Below, piece by piece: positions 60,491 to 64,000 of a stretch of 64,000 nucleotides of DNA. The stretch comes from an uncultured bacterium (GTDB lineage Bacteria; Verrucomicrobiota; Verrucomicrobiia; Verrucomicrobiales; DEV007), in NCBI GenBank assembly GCA_963977015.1, contig CAXBMO010000006.1, positions 64,001 through 128,000 on the forward strand. Reading direction: 5' to 3'. Position 1 is the first letter of the stretch; every line of letters starts with the position of its first letter. Below the pieces are notes generated by a model. That model saw nothing but the letters and a program-made list of their open reading frames with translations, searched no databases and had not been told where the DNA came from. Both the position numbers and the translations under genes were made by a program.

Positions 60491-60727
60491 ATGGCGGTGC
60501 CCAAAGACACACTCGAAGCCTTTTACCAAGCATGGTATGATACCAAGATGGATCCAACCAATCCGGAGGTGCGGGCAGACTATTTAGACGCGTTGGATGA
60601 ACTACAAGCCGCAATGGGCGGCGGATTCCAAGCGCACGAAATCAAGGAAGCGTTGGGCGAATCGTTCTCGACGTGGCAAAAGCATGAGCGACTACCGAAA
60701 CCGCCACGCAAACCAACGCAGGATTAG
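60491..60727 (+). CDS. Hypothetical protein (78 aa) inside repeat-bounded insert
   Basis: ATG preceded by GAGG; helical acidic body with basic Pro-rich tail. Confidence 0.6.
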   Translation: MAVPKDTLEAFYQAWYDTKMDPTNPEVRADYLDALDELQAAMGGGFQAHEIKEALGESFSTWQKHERLPKPPRKPTQD

Positions 60728-61161
60728 GCAAAAATGGCTTCCTGAACTTCGCGTTTCCGTTCAGCACTGACCGGCACTTTCAATCTCACCCAATCTTCTT
60801 CGAGCGAAGCAATTCCAGTGTCGAAGTGTTCGATCGAAATACCCAATTCTAGTTTGAAAAATTCTTGCTGGGCTGGTGCAACAAACTGGTTGTAAAGCTG
60901 ACGCAAGTCTCTTGCCAACGCGATGGCATTCATCGTGACTTCCTGCAACTCAAGGATTAGATCCTGCGGAATTTGGTCCGTTGAAAGGTCGCGATAGGCA
61001 ATTCCCCTCACGAGGTTCTGCCATGTTAGCGACGTATTCACATAGGTCGCAAGATTCCCCTCGTCGGTGAGGGATTTATTCATGTCGGCGAGCATCCACT
61101 GGGAATATCTCACCGCTTCTTCATCAGAAATCGGAGGAGAATGGTCGGTGATTTGGGTCAT
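60724..61161 (-). CDS. Hypothetical protein (~145 aa) inside repeat-bounded insert
   Basis: Convergent with the 78-aa ORF, 4-bp overlap; AT-richer codon usage. Confidence 0.6.
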   Translation of the reverse strand: MTQITDHSPPISDEEAVRYSQWMLADMNKSLTDEGNLATYVNTSLTWQNLVRGIAYRDLSTDQIPQDLILELQEVTMNAIALARDLRQLYNQFVAPAQQEFFKLELGISIEHFDTGIASLEEDWVRLKVPVSAERKREVQEAIFA

Positions 61162-61318
61162 TTCACGTGAGGGGATGAAGGCTACGGAGGCGACGAATCT
61201 ACTGGGGCTACGTATTTCCTGTAGTCTACGGATCTGCACAGGGAATGCAAACAATCAAAAAACGAGGACAACACTGAATGCGAACAAAAGCGAAACCGTG
61301 AAGGTCGTCAGCGGGCGA

Positions 61319-61400
61319 TTGTTTGCGAGAATCTGTCATGCTCACACTTTGTTCGTTGTAATTTAGAAGAAGTTTGGAATTTTTCGTCCTGACATGCCTT
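61319..61400 (+). repeat. 82-bp direct repeat, right copy
   Basis: 80/82 identical to 60258-60339. Confidence 0.95.
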
Positions 61401-61717
61401 ACAATATCCACCTGGCCGAAAACGAAACTGAAGCGCTCGAAGCCGATGCGCATCTCAGCATCGACTACCAGGATCACAAGTGCATTTTTGATCCCACAGC
61501 GGTCGAACTCTACGACCTCACGCTTTTTTACAACCTTTCCGACTTCTACCAAAACGCGGTTTTCCTCGACGACAACGTCGTCAGCCTGCGCGGTGAAGTC
61601 GAAGAAGCACGCCGCCGAATCGAAAATCCGCGTGCCACCCACATTCTCAGCGAAATGAGCATGCTCTGCGAGCGCGCTCGCAAGTCGAGGCTCAACATCT
61701 TCGCGTTCGGCGAGTGA
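61394..61717 (+). CDS. Hypothetical protein (107 aa)
   Basis: Host-like codon usage; ends 'IFAFGE'; overlaps the next gene. Confidence 0.7.
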   Translation: MPYNIHLAENETEALEADAHLSIDYQDHKCIFDPTAVELYDLTLFYNLSDFYQNAVFLDDNVVSLRGEVEEARRRIENPRATHILSEMSMLCERARKSRLNIFAFGE

Positions 61718-62319
61718 TGGAAGAACTGGAGCGCAGGTGGTTGGAGCTGGCGCGCGCTCAGAGCCAGTCGAACCCCGGGCAAACCTGGGAATTGCTCCGT
61801 TCCCACTATTCCGAGCCGCATCGCCGCTATCACAACCTTGCCCACATCGAGGCCTGTCTTCAATGGCTCGACCGCGTCCGTGATCACGCCAAGGATTCCC
61901 CATCGATGGAATTCGCGATTTGGTTTCACGACGTCATTTACGACACTCACAGCTCGACCAACGAGCAGGACAGCGCCGATCTCGCGCAACGCACCCTGAT
62001 TCCTCCGGCAAACGTCGATCGCGTTCGCAACTTGATTCTCGCGACCGGGCATCAGGCCGACGCCGAAGGAGACGCGGCGCTTCTTTGCGACATCGATCTC
62101 GCAACGCTCGGTGCCGAACCCGCCGGTTACCTCGCTTACCAGGGCCAGATTCGCGAAGAATACGGCTGGGTGCCCGATGCCGCGTATCGTGAAGGCCGAG
62201 CCAAGGTGCTAAACCAGTTTCTGAGCCGACCCGCCATCTACGTCACGGACGCGTTTCGTCACCTTGAAGCGCCCGCGCGCCGCAATCTCGAGGCAGAAAT
62301 TCAACATTTGTCTGAATAA
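61714..62319 (+). CDS. HD-superfamily metal-dependent phosphohydrolase
   Basis: 'YSEPHRRYHN..HI', 'WFHDVIY', 'CDIDLA.LG', 'IREEY'. Confidence 0.88.
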   Translation: MMEELERRWLELARAQSQSNPGQTWELLRSHYSEPHRRYHNLAHIEACLQWLDRVRDHAKDSPSMEFAIWFHDVIYDTHSSTNEQDSADLAQRTLIPPANVDRVRNLILATGHQADAEGDAALLCDIDLATLGAEPAGYLAYQGQIREEYGWVPDAAYREGRAKVLNQFLSRPAIYVTDAFRHLEAPARRNLEAEIQHLSE

Positions 62320-62413
62320 CCCCATCGGGGATCGAGTCCGTCTAACAGGTGCACCCCGGGCGGGGAACGTTTGCAACTGTCCCAGGAAAACTGTGCCTAC
62401 GATTGACACCATC

Positions 62414-64000
62414 ATGAGCGACCAGACCCAGACCAGCATTGCGGAGAAGCCGCACCAAGCCACGGCCCCCGCCAAGGGCAAAGGTTCCAACAACTTCCAA
62501 GTCGACCTTGGCGGCCTCATCGAGATTCTCTCCGATCACCTTTACACCGAGAAATCCGTCTTCGTCCGCGAACTCCTGCAAAACGCGGTCGATGCCATCA
62601 CCGGCGCGGAACTGGAAGGAATCTTGAAGAACGGCGGTGGCGAAATCTCGCTCGAAGTCCAGCCCGCCAAAGACACCCACGGCGCCAAACAAGTCATCAC
62701 GATCGAAGACAACGGCATTGGGTTGACCGAGGAAGAGATTCACACCTTTCTCGTTACCATCGGCCGCTCGATCAAGCGCGAGGACCTGATCAAGCAACGT
62801 CAGGGCGACTTCATCGGCCGTTTTGGCATCGGGCTTCTCAGCTGCTTCATGGTCGCGGATCGTGTGGTCCTCGTCACGCGTTCGGCCCGCACCCCGGACG
62901 CTCCGACGATCCGCTGGACCGGGCATACCGACGGCACCTACGAACTTGAAGTGCTCGATCAGGATCTCTCTCCCGGCACTCGCGTTTACCTCACGGCGGA
63001 TTCCGACAAGGACGGCGCGTTCGATGCCTGTCGCGTTCGCGAATTGATCCAGAAATACGGCCAGTTCCTCCCGGTTGCCATCACCGTTCGTGGCCCGGAT
63101 GTGCCAGACGAAGACGAGAGCCTGACGAACTGTTTTCCCTGGGAGGACGGCTTCGGAACCGAAGACGTGAAAGAAGCGGATTGGATCGCCTTTGCCGAGA
63201 AAACGACGGGCGAAAGCGTCATGGGCGTCTTTCCTGTCGAGTCCGAGGAAGCCGGGCTCATTGGCATGGGCGTCGTGATCAAAAAAGTCAGCGGCCCGGT
63301 CCCGAACGATGGCAATCATCTCTACCTCAAACGCATGCTGCTCAGCGACGAAGCCGTCTTTCTGCTTCCCGATAAGATGCCCTTTCTCCGGGTGCTCGCC
63401 AACGCCACCCTGCTCAAACCCAATGCGGCCCGCGATGCGGTTCACGACGACGAGAACCTCCTCGAAGAAGTCCGCGTCGACGTTCGCGAAGCGTTCCGCG
63501 ATTACGTCCGCCGTCTCGACGAGCGCAATCCGGGCCGGCTCAAAAAGATGATGGCCGCCCACTCGCGCGCGCTGCTCGATGCCGCGCTCGAGGATGAACC
63601 TCTGCTGACGACGCTGGTTCCCCACATTCCTGTCGAAACCACGCTCGGCGAGATGACGCTCGGAGCGGTGCGCGAACAATTCGACGACTACCGCTTCATC
63701 ACGGACTACGAGGACTACAAACGCGCCATTCCTCTCGCCCGGGCCCACAGCGTCTGTGTCGTCAATGCCGGCTTCTTCCAGATCGATCACGTTTGCCGCA
63801 AGCTCAGCCGCATCTTCCCGGAAGAGCCGGTCGTCGAAACCAGCAGCAAGGAACTCCGCGAGCAATACAGCAAACCCGTCGATGACGGTCCGGACGCCCG
63901 TCGCCTCCTCAAGCGCGCCGCCGCCGCCTTGGCCGACGAGGATTGCGAAGTCAAGCTCGTCTGCGACGGCAAAAAGAACGCTCCCTGCGTGCTCGAACTG
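62414..64000 (+). CDS. HSP90/HtpG-like GHKL ATPase (3'-truncated by window edge)
   Basis: Manual translation: 'FQVDLGGLIEILSDHLY...RELLQNAVDA', 'DNGIG', 'IGRFGIGLLSCF'; absent from the ORF track because there is no stop in the window. Confidence 0.9.
   Translation, partial: MSDQTQTSIAEKPHQATAPAKGKGSNNFQVDLGGLIEILSDHLYTEKSVFVRELLQNAVDAITGAELEGILKNGGGEISLEVQPAKDTHGAKQVITIEDNGIGLTEEEIHTFLVTIGRSIKREDLIKQRQGDFIGRFGIGLLSCFMVADRVVLVTRSARTPDAPTIRWTGHTDGTYELEVLDQDLSPGTRVYLTADSDKDGAFDACRVRELIQKYGQFLPVAITVRGPDVPDEDESLTNCFPWEDGFGTEDVKEADWIAFAEKTTGESVMGVFPVESEEAGLIGMGVVIKKVSGPVPNDGNHLYLKRMLLSDEAVFLLPDKMPFLRVLANATLLKPNAARDAVHDDENLLEEVRVDVREAFRDYVRRLDERNPGRLKKMMAAHSRALLDAALEDEPLLTTLVPHIPVETTLGEMTLGAVREQFDDYRFITDYEDYKRAIPLARAHSVCVVNAGFFQIDHVCRKLSRIFPEEPVVETSSKELREQYSKPVDDGPDARRLLKRAAAALADEDCEVKLVCDGKKNAPCVLEL

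Noticed and set aside
60340-61318. Integron cassette with attC sites
   Set aside because: No convincing RYYYAAC...GTTRRRY paired site, ORFs are convergent, and no integrase is present
61226-61339. Short ORF beginning MTDSRKQ (tcdA-like start)
   Set aside because: By-product of the right 82-bp repeat copy; diverges after 7 codons
62342-63865. 507-aa minus-strand ORF
   Set aside because: Shadow of the + strand HSP90-like gene, which has clear GHKL motifs

Overview
Gene-dense, GC-rich bacterial chromosome segment. It is most likely Verrucomicrobiota/PVC, inferred from SHD1-type secreted proteins, PVC-type multiheme cytochromes, an ECF/FecR pair and weak Shine-Dalgarno signals. Housekeeping genes include ispF, suhB, cobB, split coaB/coaC, cobA-hemD, hemC, rfbB, ilvC, parC, PNP, tcdA and tRNA-Arg(CCT). 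Accessory modules include secreted carbohydrate-acting proteins, a Nudix + SauUSI-like PLD-helicase-DUF3427 defence pair, a pst operon divergent from arsR/arsR-arsC/arsC, a pentaheme cytochrome operon and an MNT-HEPN toxin-antitoxin pair. Four signals stand out: (1) three secreted SHD1-retropepsin genes whose catalytic positions alternate Asp/Asn, with the same pair present once fused and once split; (2) a ~1 kb two-ORF mini-island bounded by an 82-bp direct repeat that duplicates a divergent promoter region; (3) a ~200-bp MITE-like element with CTAG-bounded inverted repeats; (4) a heptamer-periodic palindromic intergenic element. No CRISPR array, rRNA, transposase or integrase was seen. All product calls come from motif recognition by eye, not database searches.
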